Positions 37,471 through 49,974 of a DNA stretch of 64,000 nt are shown in pieces. Source of the DNA: Ruditapes philippinarum (taxonomy: Eukaryota); the NCBI RefSeq assembly GCF_026571515.1, contig NW_026852972.1:1-64000 (forward strand), given 5' to 3'. The translations under genes and the position numbers were made by a program. Within the stretch, counting starts at the first letter, position 1; every line of letters begins with the position of its first letter. The notes under the pieces are model-generated. The model worked only from the letters and a program-made list of their open reading frames with translations. It had not been told where the DNA came from and made no database searches.

Positions 37471-39912
37471 TAAGAAGACTACATATGTATCTTTTAGTCC
37501 ATTAAAAATCCAATTTATATTTGGTAAACTAGCTTTAAATCCAAATAAACAAGTGTCCACGTTACACGTGTCTTATCCATTAAACTGATCACGTGATTAC
37601 ATATGGGGCCAATCAGATATATGTCATTGATTCATTTTGCATTCCAATCAATTTATTAGCCGAATGAGAATTTCTTTATTCATTGGTAATTGAAAATAAG
37701 AACTGCATAAGCCAAACCCCGCCCAACTTTACAGCTAAATGATTATGGTACGGTCTCAGAANNNNNNNNNNNNNNNNNNNNNNNNNNNNNNNNNNNNNNN
37801 NNNNNNNNNNNNNNNNNNNNNNNNNNNNNNNNNNNNNNNNNNNNNNNNNNNNNNNNNNNNNNNNNNNNNNNNNNNNNNNNNNNNNNNNNNNNNNNNNNNN
37901 NNNNNNNNNNNNNNNNNNNNNNNNNNNNNNNNNNNNNNNNNNNNNNNNNNNNNNNNNNNNNNNNNNNNNNNNNNNNNNNNNNNNNNNNNNNNNNNNNNNN
38001 NNNNNNNNNNNNNNNNNNNNNNNNNNNNNNNNNNNNNNNNNNNNNNNNNNNNNNNNNNNNNNNNNNNNNNNNNNNNNNNNNNNNNNNNNNNNNNNNNNNN
38101 NNNNNNNNNNNNNNNNNNNNNNNNNNNNNNNNNNNNNNNNNNNNNNNNNNNNNNNNNNNNNNNNNNNNNNNNNNNNNNNNNNNNNNNNNNNNNNNNNNNN
38201 NNNNNNNNNNNNNNNNNNNNNNNNNNNNNNNNNNNNNNNNNNNNNNNNNNNNNNNNNNNNNNNNNNNNNNNNNNNNTCACAAATTTATGTGGTCGGCATG
38301 ATTTCATAAAATATGTTTTCCTGAATGTAAAGAGCGTTAAATTAATAAATTAATGAACTAAACAAAGAAACAATCTTTTTAGAGCTTATTCTTAATAAAC
38401 TGTATGTAAAATTTACGGCCAACTGATCCACATTTTATTTATTTTTTGTNNNNNNNNNNNNNNNNNNNNNNNNNNNNNNNNNNNNNNNNNNNNNNNNNNN
38501 NNNNNNNNNNNNNNNNNNNNNNNNNNNNNNNNNNNNNNNNNNNNNNNNNNNNNNNNNNNNNNNNNNNNNNNNNNNNNNNNNNNNNNNNNNNNNNNNNNNN
38601 NNNNNNNNNNNNNNNNNNNNNNNNNNNNNNNNNNNNNGAACGAACGAACGAACGCGAACGAACGAACGAACGAAACAATCTTTAAAGAGCTAATTTCTCT
38701 CATTAACTGTATTGAAAATTTACGGCTAAATGATCCATATTTTATTTATGTTTTTTTGTGATATTTCCAAAGAGGGTCATCTGTGTTTTCACACCATGCA
38801 ATTGAATCTCAATCTGATTAAAGGGTAATAAAACTTAAATTGATCGATATATACTTCTGTTACGTAATATGTTAAGTAATTTATGTCATGTGATAAACAA
38901 TGTTTTCACACGTTTTTGGGGGCTAATCAGATATGGTCATGATTCATTTTGCAATCAATCATTTATAAGCCGAATGATGATTCCTTTATTCAATTGGTAA
39001 TTGAAAATAAGTACTGCATAACCAAACTCAGCCCAATTTTATTGCTTAATGATTATGTTATGGTCAAAGAAATTTTAGGGTAATCAATTCAACCAAAACC
39101 ATAATTTTTCATATGTTTTTATTCATTAAAGTTTATTCTTTGCTGATTCTATTTGTAAAATATTTTGTTGATTTAAGTGACCATATAGAAAAAGAAGAGT
39201 TTTACGGCTTTCATCAATTTGAATTAATATTAAATTGATCAGCATTTTATTTTTGCGTTGACATGACTAAATACAATTTATTAACTTTGCAGACATCATA
39301 AAATGAATAATAATTTCACGGCAAATATCATTTTTCTCTATATATCTTAATAGTCCGCCAATTCTCGCTTTGCATGTAAAGAGCGTTAAACTTGCCGAAC
39401 ATAAAGAATAAGAAGTTTTACGGCCTTCAATAAAATTGAATTAATATCTTGCGGATCAGCAGTTTTCACAAATTTATGTGGTCGGCATGATTTTATAAAA
39501 TATGTTTTCCTGAATGTAAAACAGCGTTAAATTAATAAAATTAATGAACTAAACCAAAGAAACAAATCTTTTTAGAGCTTATTCTTAATAAACTGTATGT
39601 AAAATTTACGGCCAACTGATCCCACATTTTATTTATTTTTTGTGTGATATATCCAAAGAGGGTCATTTGTGTTTTTCACACCATGCAATGGAATCTCAAT
39701 CTGATTAAAGTGTAATAAAACTTAATTGATCGAACTGAACTTCTGTTATGTAACATGTTAAGTAATTTATGACCAGTGAACATAATGTTTTCACAAGATT
39801 TTGGGGTGTGAACATACATTTGGGGCCAATCAGATACCAATCTAAAATGCATTATGAATACATGCATACACAACAGCTACATCATCATCATCATCATCAT
39901 CATAATCATCAT

Positions 39913-39944
<32 letters not shown>

Positions 39945-41639
39945 GCATGAGAATTCCTTTATTCATTGGTAATTGAAAATAAGAACTGCATAAGCCAAAC
40001 CCCGCCCAATTTTACAGCTAAATGATTATGGTATGGTCTAAGAAATTTAAAGTAATCATCCAATGAATGAATGAATGAATGATTGAATGAATGAATGAAT
40101 GAATGAATGAATGAATAAATTAATAGATGAATGANNNNNNNNNNNNNNNNNNNNNNNNNNNNNNNNNNNNNNNNNNNNNNNNNNNNNNNNNNNNNNNNNN
40201 NNNNNNNNNNNNNNNNNNNNNNNNNNNNNNNNNNNNNNNNNNNNNNNNNNNNNNNNNNNNNNNNNNNNNNNNNNNNNNNNNNNNNNNNNNCTAACTCACT
40301 CATTCATTTCATATATTTTCCGAATATGATATTCTTTATATGTAAGATCATCATATTATGAGTACATTTTCTAAATTTTATTCCAATATATATCACATAG
40401 AAGACATTTCATTAACATAACTGAATAAAATAATTTAACAATAGAAATTGAGAAAATAATATCAATTATTATTTATATATCACAATATTTATTATTTGTA
40501 ATGGTGTCATCTTGAAAAAATACGTCTTATCAAGCATCTCTCGACCTGCCTAGAATAACACTAATAGCTAGTTGACACCTAAATTGACATCTTTAAATGT
40601 TTTTCCTTCTTTATCTAAACTTGTCAGCAGTTTTTTCGATAACAGCTTCTTTTATTTAAACTAGTTAGCAGTTTCTTAAATAAATTATCATATATATCAT
40701 CATTCATCAGCATTTTAGTATTACATCAAAAAAAATCGACCCGTGCAAAAATCGGCTCTAACACGTTTCGGCCCATATTTTGTCTTTATTTAGTCCGGGA
40801 AGTACATAAAACTAACCTTAAATATTAATATATATTAACTTCCAATTGGATTAATTTCCATTCCTTTTAAATTGGAATTAATTCCAATAGGATTTATTTG
40901 CAATAAAAAGTATTGGAAAAACTCCAACTGGAATAATGCCCTGTTGGGTTTATTCCAATCGATTTTTTCCAGTTAAATTTAATGGAAAAAAAATCCGATC
41001 GGATTTTCCGAAAAAAAATGGTTAAATAGACGTTATTTTCAACAAGAAAATGCATACAAATACATATTAAGCCATGTGTTTTTGTATTTCGACAATTTCA
41101 TAAAAAATTGAAATTCCGGTTGAATAAATAATTAATTGTTGGAAATAAATTCAATTGGAATTTAAATGAATTCCGCCGCCCGGACAGCATAATTCCGATC
41201 GGAAAATACATGAAATTCCGCCCGGACAAATTTTTTAAAAATACAATTTTAGATAAGAAAAAAAATTAAAAATAGCTTTAAATGAAGTCAATTATTAATA
41301 ATTAACATTAAATCTATCGGATAAAATGATTTTTGAGTGCTTAGGGCAAGTATAAATGGTAGTGAAGTTTGCCACTATCCCGGTGGTGCAAAGATATTCC
41401 GGTGGCTGTTACTAAAAGAACCAGCTTAGCTCTATACTGATGGATTTAGCCAATATATATAATATGTATAACAATATATAACGGTCTATATCTAATACAT
41501 TTTCCTAGATATGAAAATATAAAAATAAAACTATTGTGTAAGCATATAGATATGGAATAAATTATTAACCACTTTCATGATCTAGACAATTGTTCGTGTT
41601 TAAAAAAAAAACACTCGTAATACCTCGGGCGATTTCATT

Positions 41640-42090
41640 AAGTATTTATGACAAAATCCAGAGGAAAGCAAGTAATAACGTTTGGTAGTCTTTTTAATCG
41701 AATCCAATCTTTTTCAATCGAATCTTGGTCTTCTAGTCTGCAATTCTCTTGTATTTTTGTGTGATTTATGCTTCCGAGGGATCACTTTGTTTCCAGATTT
41801 TTATACTTTACAACAGCAGGTGTCAAGTGCTGTGTGGCAGCTGTAAAAAGTTTCCCCGTACTTCACTTCAGTGTTGTTATATTTTTCTGGTCCTTCGGGA
41901 TCATTGATGCCAGCACTATTAAGTGTTGAGAATTGAGTACCGCTCAAGCCGGTGCTAGGGGGCGTGAGGGATGTTGCACATTTTCATTATCCCTCATGTA
42001 CAGACTCAATCAAACCGAGTCTGCAATTCTCTTGTAATTTTGTTGTGATTTATGCTTCTGAGGGATCACTTTGTTTCCAGATTTTTTATC
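41640..42090. repeat. Rearranged copy of the unidentified hairpin family, with a ~68 bp direct repeat
   Basis: 41830-41910 is similar to 960-1040, and 41946-42025 to 1404-1485. gtctgcaattctc...ccagattttt is repeated at ~41736 and ~42019. Confidence 0.75.
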
Positions 42091-44899
42091 AAGGTTTAAT
42101 TGTCATACAAGTTTTTTTTCACATAAAAAATGCTCTAAGTATCCATAAAGTGATATAGCTTTAAAAGTTCAACTTCAATGTGTTTTAACCTTATTTTAAA
42201 ATGAGGAGGCCAACAGTACAATGAACAAAATATAAAATTAAAGATAAAATATAATTACATTTCTGTTACGTTTATAAAAAGCAATTGCTTTTTTTAAAGA
42301 TATTGTGTGCAAAAAAAATCGAAATGGATGGATTTCAGTTCAGTATAATTGTCATTGCGGGCTTTAATCGTGTTTATAACCTGGTATTCAACCAAATTAA
42401 TTGGACGTAAAACCAAGTTTTCTATAGAATTGCAAAGCGCAAAGTGTCAATAAAGCCATCAGGAATGCAGACACACAGACAAGCGAAGTAACAACAATTT
42501 GTGTTCAAATTGAAACTGTGATATTTACATAGAGGCCGGCAGAATCTGGTGACAAAAAAGTGGATTCCAGTGGAATCTTTCATAAAAACTGTGGAAGCTG
42601 TGAAGAAATGTGTTGTAAACTTTACTCGAGAATGGAAAGCTTTAATTCCAAATTAGATGATTAGTTGGTTAATTTACCGAAAATTATTAAATTTTCTATG
42701 CCATCTATGATATTTGGAAATGGATGAATCACGTTGTATAAAATTTATTGTTTTGTGGATTAAAAGGTAGCGTTAAAAACGTCACTGCGAGAGAAAAAGG
42801 ACCGTGATATATACACTTTACAGTACCGTCCATGAATAGGTTGAATCAAATCGAGCCGCAACATCTTCAATTTTGTTTGTTATGGCCGTTGGTTACGGAT
42901 TCTGTTTTTCTTTATTTTATATGTGATCAAAATTCTGAGAAACAGCATTAAATCACATTATGTACAGACATCAAGTCACATTTTACTTCTATTTTAACAC
43001 AATCCATTTCCTCTCAGGAGCCTCACATAATCCTCAATTTCTATAAATAAGTGTAATGGAAGTAGAATTTAAGGATCATTTTAGAATAATTTTCGAAATT
43101 TACCGATTTATCTGAATATTCAGAGATATTATTCAAATAAATACATTATATCCTGCAACAAATGTGAAGTGAACTTGTCTTACTTTCAATGTAGGAAGTG
43201 TACTTTGCGACTTCCACGCTTTCGATATCAAATTGTTTTGATTTAGAGAAAAAATATCAAGAAAAAAGTTGCGACCACTTGGAAGCAATAAAAACAGCAA
43301 CAACGAAATTGTTTTTAAAAATGCTGATTTGGTTTGATCGAGTCTGTCTTTGGAAAAAACTGTTGGAGTACAACAAGCCTTTCGCCCCCAGCTCCGGTTT
43401 TGTGTGGTATCCAAACTTCAACAATTTCGTGTCGGAAGCATAGATCCCCGAGGATAAATAAAAGATAATAACACTAAAGTGAAATACAAGATAATTATAT
43501 AGCTGCCGCTTGGTACTCAACAACTGCAGTTGTGAAGTATAAAAATCTGGAAAACAGGTGATAACTCGGAAGTTTAATAGAACAAGAACTTCAGCAGATC
43601 GCATATATGTTGTGGTAGTATGTCTTTATACTGATAGTAAATGTTTATGCGGTTGTACGACGAGAAACAGTTTTAGCTGCACTACAAAATACTTACGACT
43701 GCGATCATGAAAATGACTTCAGTTAGCCGTTGAGATAATTCACCTTCTTCAGCTCTTATGGAAATGTTCAATCCATGCCAATATACTTGAAATGCTAGAA
43801 TTCCCAATTAGGTAAGTCGTCGTGCTTCAGTAAGTGTTCAATTAAGAAACCAACCAGATTCGATTACAAAAAGGTAAATGTCTTCCAGATGTAATTAGTT
43901 ATTTTATATTCTTAAAATGTTTCATTTATCTCTGCGAGCAAAATGCTGCGAATACCTTTTAGGAAATTAGGAAATACCAAGTATAGTAATTGTTTTATGA
44001 CATGATCGAATTTCTAGCTTTCTCAAAGTCATTCTAGACAGAATCCCTGTAATACAGTTTCATGTTAATTTCGTCTAAAATAGAAGTTGGCTCAGACAAA
44101 ACAAAACGACAAACCAGTGCGAAAGACTAATTGCAGCAATCAACAACGGCCACAAAACCAAGAAATGTGTTCGAGTGTTGCCGTCGAATAACAGAAAGCT
44201 TTTGACAGCTATAAAACGAATCGTTGACATTGTACCTTGAATTTAACAGATGACTCTGGAGCATTTACAATGTCTTACAATGATCATGAAATTGGGTTTT
44301 GTATTGGCATTCATAATTACTAATTATAAATTATAATATTTCTCATATGTACCTTCGGACAAGTTTTTCAAACACCGGTTAAAAGTCCGCGAAATTGTTC
44401 GCAGTTTATGACGGCCTTTCAAGCACCTTGTTGTCGCTAGATCATGAATTTTCACCATTTGTAGACGAAATTTAGACAGAATGTCAGAGAAGAATGATTT
44501 TCAGGTATTTTTGTATCTTTTTATGTCTTTTATTTAAAAAGAAATACAAAGTTTTAATGTGCAAAACTAGAATTTTTATTTTTTAGGAAGTTGCGTCTGC
44601 TGTCAAATAATAGAGCGCTTCAGTTAAAAAAATGAGTTTATCTTTGGTGAAATCATGTTTTTGACTTGTCAGTTTGCATCCTGCATGTAATATATAGAAC
44701 ACAGTATTTGAAATGTAAGTTTTAGCTATGAATTTTATCGAATAATCCTGGTTTTTCAGTGGTTAAACTTCTTAGCAACAGTATATACAAAAGGAAATTG
44801 TCTCCTTCATAACATAGTTACAGTGCAAGAGTAGTCGTCCAATGACATCGATCGATTTACTATAATATAGAATAATTAAACCTAACATAGATGTATATG

Positions 44900-44972
44900 C
44901 CTCTGTGATGTAAACTGGTAGAGTGTAAGTCTACCGATCGGGCGGTCAGAGGTTCCAAACCTCGTGCTATCT
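44900..44972 (+). mobile_element. tRNA-derived (SINE head-like) fragment
   Basis: A-box-like tgtaaactggtagag and B-box-like ggttccaaacc at tRNA spacing, followed by a T-run. The cloverleaf is not intact. Confidence 0.45.
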
Positions 44973-45479
44973 TTTTTTTTTATTAAATATTTTATATTCT
45001 GTGGTATATATATATAATTATATAAAACTATTTTATAGATGATTTGTTGAGAAGTGTTTTTTATAGGTAAAATACATTACCTGATTACTATCTTAACTGA
45101 TTTATTATAACTGGGAAAAAATATATTGTATTTTATTTTGTCCCAGATTTTTAACTGGTATTACCTGAATATCTATAGATTTATTAAAATTTATTATTGA
45201 CTTTATTAAAAACGCAGGAATTAGATGAGTTATATGAGGAATTTGGCGTAGTTAATGAGACAGTAGAGAAAGGCGCCACATGTAACAGAGGACGAATTAT
45301 ATGAAGAGTGGGGAAACGATGATGACGACCAACAGGCAGAGTCAATCATAGGACGTGTCCACGAGTTTGTCAACAATGCTGTCAACAAATTTTGTTTGCT
45401 TATTATTTACCCAAACTATGTAGGACGCACAGAGAGAGAGAGAGCGACAGTTCTACAGACAGACAATAGAAGAGGCTCG

Positions 45480-45742
45480 TGAGAAATGAGGCACACATCA
45501 GTCACAGTCAATCGACCTGCCCAGCCATGCACTAGTGATTTATCAAAAGTGCACTATACATTTGACTATTCTCAAAATGTGACAATACCACACCATAGTC
45601 AACAAATGGGCCCTTTGTATTTTGTGACTTGAAGGAAAATACAAATTTTTGGCGTCCGTGTTGATTCTGTGTCACAACAACATAATTACCTAATAGACGA
45701 GGATGAATCGATTGGTATGTTAAGAATAAATAAATAAATGAA

Positions 45743-45777
<35 letters not shown>

Positions 45778-48252
45778 ATGAAGGAATGAATGAATGAATA
45801 AATAAAGTACATGTAATTAATAAATACATAAAAAATAACTAAATAAATTTTGCTTTTTTTCAATAATATTGAAGATATTTTGCTTTTTCAGAATTGTAAA
45901 ATATTCATTTCATATAAAAGATAATCGATAAAATATTCTAATGTGTGCCGTCGAAATATTAAATATACTTAAAATTAATGTAAATTAACAGGTGTTGAAT
46001 GGTACAGGGACGCACGGGCCAAACTCAGTTATAAGTATGCTACACCACTGCCTCGCAAACCAGGGATTTGGAGAAAAAGCTTGCATCATGCACGCCGACA
46101 ACTGTGGTTGTGAGTATTTTACCGTATATGTGTTTTCAATTAAACATGAGTATAGTATTGAACAGTCACTTATATATTCAGAGTGCGACATTGTACAAAG
46201 CATCGATTTAATTTTTAAGTTTTAGTTCAAATGGTGAATATATTTTTATTACAGCGCAGAATAAAAATCGCTTTATGTTAGCGTATCTGGCATGGCGAAT
46301 TCATATGGGGCTCCATGATGAGATAACACTCCTGGACCGGGTTGTTCAAAACATTGGTTAAAATTAACCAATGGATAGCTTATCCACTGGTTAAATCCTT
46401 AACCAGCGGCCAGCTATCCAGTGGATAAAATTTCATTGTTCGACAGTTGGATAGTACCCTGGCTACCTAACCAGTGGATAGCATATTTATCCACTGGTTA
46501 AGTACCACAATGCAACAGGGTTGGTTAGTGATTCTGGAAACAAAATGGCCGATTTTTTGATGATAATTAATTTTTTAGAATCAAAAAGTTCCCAAAGAAA
46601 TAATTTTGCATGTTTTGTGCTTTCTAGATTTTTGGAATTAAACATAAAGTATATCAGAGACCTTAAAGTATTGATAGATCTATTTTTCCCTTAGACACAC
46701 ATAAGAAAAAATTCAAAAACAACTTTTTTTTCAAATTTTGGATTAAAATTACTTCCATTAGATGGGTTATGTTCTAACTAAGAAAATGAGTACTGACACT
46801 TGTATGTTTTATTGAAAAATAAGAAAGTTATGACTGTTTAATTGAATTTTCTGAACTACAACAACAACAAATTTTGATTGAAAAAGCGTTCTAAAAGCAC
46901 TTTTTCAGAAATGTTTCAATTTAATCCTATGCATTTCATATGAAATGATCTAGTTAAGAAAAATTAAACATATATTTGTAAGAAAAATCTGGTTTAAAAC
47001 AAGTTTTAATGATTTTTACTGTTTAAATGATGATAACTAACCACTGGTTAAGGGCATTATCCGGTGGTCCTACGACTGGTTAAAGTTAACCACTGGATAA
47101 TAAATTTTATCCCTTGGATAAGTTTTGAGCAACAGAATTTATCCAACAGACAAAATTTAACCAGCGGATAATGAATTTAACCACTGGTTAACACTAACCA
47201 ATGTTTTGAACAACCGGATCCTGATGGGAATTCCTGGTCACACAAAGTAATTAATGTTTTTAATATATGTTATATTTTATACTCGTATAATGCGAACTTA
47301 TGTATTTTAGTTTATGACAGTCCTCTACATTACTTTTGGTCTGCACAAAACGAGCATTTGCTATTTTTACGTGTTTAAACATATATGTGCTTGCACACCA
47401 GCGAGCGTGTTTAATACATGCCATAGAGACAATCTGGCCATTAGCTTAAAACTAAAACACTGTCGAACAAATCGATTATACTAGAACAAATCTACTTGCA
47501 ATTATTTTGTTCCTATAGAAATAAAGAAAAGAAATCAACATAAACTATAAATAAGCAGTTTTTGATATAGTTTTATTCGATTTTAGGTGTCTTGTGGACG
47601 GAGGATTTGGACATATCAAGAAGCTGTATAGGCGCACGGACTGCGACAGTATTTCGCAGGTGGCATCTGTCGTGAGAAAGTCTGCTTTTAGCAATTTCTA
47701 CGTGCTCTTCCGCAAGGAGGATGGATGTCAGAATTGGACTTGGTATTCTATTACAAATATTTGAATTTCTAAAATTTACACCCCATTTAAATAAGTTTGT
47801 ACAATAAAACAACTAAACAAATTAATAGAGAGCTCAATTCGGCGCTCGGCATATATGCTGTCATATTACTTGTACGTGTATTAATAATTGCTTGTCATTG
47901 TAAATTATCAAGTAGTTTATGATTGACATAATATTAACTAGTCAACATATGTTACAGGTATGACTGGAAGACATTTTTGCCGCGCTTCTTTTTACCATTA
48001 AGGGGTGTACAGCGGTATCACTATTTCCGTGTTATGAAGGATGCTGTATACGTGAAAGAGCGCTCAACTGACGTAGAGCAGCAGGTCACAATCCTAAAGA
48101 GAAATGCTACAGTACCAGAAGATATTCTCCCTGCAGTTTTGCTACCGGGTGGACTTTCCCGCGCAAGGCAGCAATACCTGTACAAAAATGTACGACCTTT
48201 TGTACGTCAGGCGTATCGTGATGTGACGCGCCCACCGTTACGGGAAGAATGA
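45480..48252 (+). pseudogene. Spliced Sola-type DDD transposase pseudogene (exons ~45480-45714, 45992-46109, 46255-46334+47224-47246, 47587-47742, 47958-48252)
   Basis: GT-AG introns. Motifs HYTFDYSQN..GPLYF..FGV..NYLIDE, HGPNSVISMLHH, ADNCGSQNKN, YLAWR..GLH, PGHTKCLVDGGFG, WYDWKTFL, GLSRARQQYLYKNVRPF. One in-frame TGA, one apparent frameshift at the first junction and a MITE insertion. Confidence 0.88.
46335..47220. mobile_element. 886 bp PIF/Harbinger-type MITE inside the Sola transposase exon
   Basis: 3 bp TSD CTG (46332-46334, 47221-47223). TIRs GACCGGGTTGTTCAAAACATTGGTTA and rc GATCCGGTTGTTCAAAACATTGGTTA. Many AACCACTGGWTA-type subterminal repeats. Removal restores the reading frame EITLL-MGIPGHTK. 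Confidence 0.93.
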
Positions 48253-49974
48253 CAATTTAGATTTACATGTACAAATGTATACATGCATTATCTTTGTCTG
48301 TATGTTTAGTCCTTAGATTTGTTATCAATAAACTAGATATTTATTTGATATAAGAATGATCTATATATTTCAAGTTATAAAATTTTGTTAATCGTAAATT
48401 AACCAATATACTGGGTACATAAGTGCTGATCCGTTTATGTGATTTCTTCCGTTATCGTTTTATTTTTATGATTTTGAAGTTTGTAACTTCATAGGACTGT
48501 AAAATAAATTCATTTGGAGTTACTGTCTTTATTGGTTCTTACACAATCCATTCTTAACACAAGGCAATTCGGCAATAAACCACGACGTTCTTTAAAACGT
48601 TCAACGTTTAAACAAACGTCGTCGTCGACGTCGGAGCAACACATTGGTCTATGTACATAAAAAGATATATCTTTGTCATTTTTCAAGTTATTTTTGTGAA
48701 ATAAAAAGTAAAATCATCTGTAATAATTGGTTTCGATGAAAATTATGAAACCAAAAAATCGAAGAAAATTGCCCGAAGGGTCATTTTGTCATGACGGCGC
48801 CCATATACTGTTTCTTATTTCTTATCTCATTATTAAAGAAAATATATTATTAATTTTATTATGATTCTAACATAAGATGTATGTGATTTCATACCCTTCA
48901 ACCTGTGTGTCCCAATTACATTCCCTGTTTAAATGATGACTGGAATCTTGTTAAAAAACCTACAGAACTGTTTTCAGATAACTGTATATGAGAAACGTCT
49001 GTTGTAGTCAGAGCTTCAATAATTGAACCGATCAAATTGTGTGTCTATTCTACATTAACAATTATATGTAGGTGCACTTTGCATCAGCGGCCAATCCTTC
49101 CGTGTTTCCATTTTTACTCGGTCCAGATTAGAGTGGCTACTTAAATTAAAGATAACCATTGTCTTAATTTAACGACATGCACTTCTGTATTAATAACTGA
49201 TAAAGTTATCAGCGGTTTGATTCTGATTGGGGTTACCATAATATATAAGTATGTTAAATGACAAGGATTTGACTCTTATATAGTATTGAAATAAATTGCA
49301 ATTTCTACAATTTCGTTAGGTGATAAAGGGGCATAATTCTGCACAAATGATAGATGGTGTGACCTGCTCTTGTCTACAAATTCGAGTCATCAGTATATTC
49401 ACAAGAAAACACATTACTGAACAGGCATAATATAATTTTACAAAGAAATTATATGGTCGTCACAGTCACATTGGCAGGGTACCAAATAATCGCTAATCAA
49501 GCAAAACTAGCTTAAATACTAGATGTTAAGTGGGAAAACAATGATGAAAAAATCCATAGCGATTTTATAAAAACTGAATGACAATATTGTGGCTATAGTT
49601 GCATGTTCCTTTAAATTTAGGTGATAAGACAAATCACAGATTGCAAAAGTATATCTGGTTATGCATTACATTTATTTCATGTTTTGCTTTTGTATGTGTG
49701 TCTGTCTTTTAATAAAAGAAGTGTCAGCATAAGACGGACCATATCAACTGATTTCCACGCGATACTTCTGCTTCTGCACTTGTGCCTGCCTTTCAGACTT
49801 GTTAGGACCTGTGTTTGAATGCGCTGGCCAACAGGTTTCACAATACGACAAATTCGAAGTATAACCAACAGATACCTTGTCCCGATCGATTAAAATGAAG
49901 GAATTCATACATGTGACCAAAAGTGGGCTGGTGGCAGTGAAGGACCTACAAAGTGGCCTAAACATGGTTTTATT

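Larger units (their letters stand above)
34792..37597 (-). mobile_element. LINE B: non-LTR retrotransposon (RTE-X/CR1-like) with intact 5' end, RT region deleted
   Basis: The host satellite gaacat|acatttgggg (compare 39811-39826) is split at 34791/37598. 3' AATAAA + (TTGAAA)n tail at ~34793-34817. ORF1 and endonuclease are present; no RT motifs. Confidence 0.88.
28700..40310. repeat. Complex tandem array (~1 kb modules containing (CAT)n(CAG)n and (GAAT)n), interrupted by two LINEs and gaps
   Basis: 28702-28985 matches 39840-40134. The joined 29540-29945 + 34616-34791 + 37598-37760 matches ~39180-40040. Further partial copies lie at 38278-38449 and 38670-39080. Confidence 0.85.
20739..41410. 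mobile_element. Giant (~20.7 kb including gaps) non-autonomous long-TIR DNA element
   Basis: 20739-~21038 is the reverse complement of ~41101-41410 (AACAGCCACCGGAAAATCTTTGCACCACCGGGATAGTGGCAAACTTCACTACC...). Subterminal TCCRRYTGGA-like palindrome arrays extend to ~21400 and from ~40835. Direct repeat ACTAAA at 20735-20740 and 41411-41416. Confidence 0.82.
44349..48802 (+). mobile_element. Sola-type (probably Sola2) DNA transposon with damaged left end
   Basis: The right end rc is GGGCGCCGTCATGACAAAATGACCCTTCGGGCAATTTT (GRG terminus), followed by ATAT. The left end is ATAT + gtaccttcggacaagtttt, a partial TIR match. It encloses a Sola-like transposase. Confidence 0.6.

Noticed and set aside
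39769-39972. ORF with poly-His/poly-Gln
   Set aside because: It is a translation of a (CAT)n(CAG)n microsatellite within a satellite module (second copy at ~28745-28800). There is no gene context.
20739-41410. Polinton/Maverick identity for the giant TIR element (size and possible 6 bp TSD)
   Set aside because: No AG...CT termini, and no trace of pPolB, integrase, ATPase or capsid ORFs in the sequenced interior.
46335-47220. Regularly recurring short palindromic repeats resembling a CRISPR array
   Set aside because: Spacing is irregular, the repeats sit inside TIRs with a CTG TSD, and the context is eukaryotic with no cas genes. They are MITE subterminal repeats.
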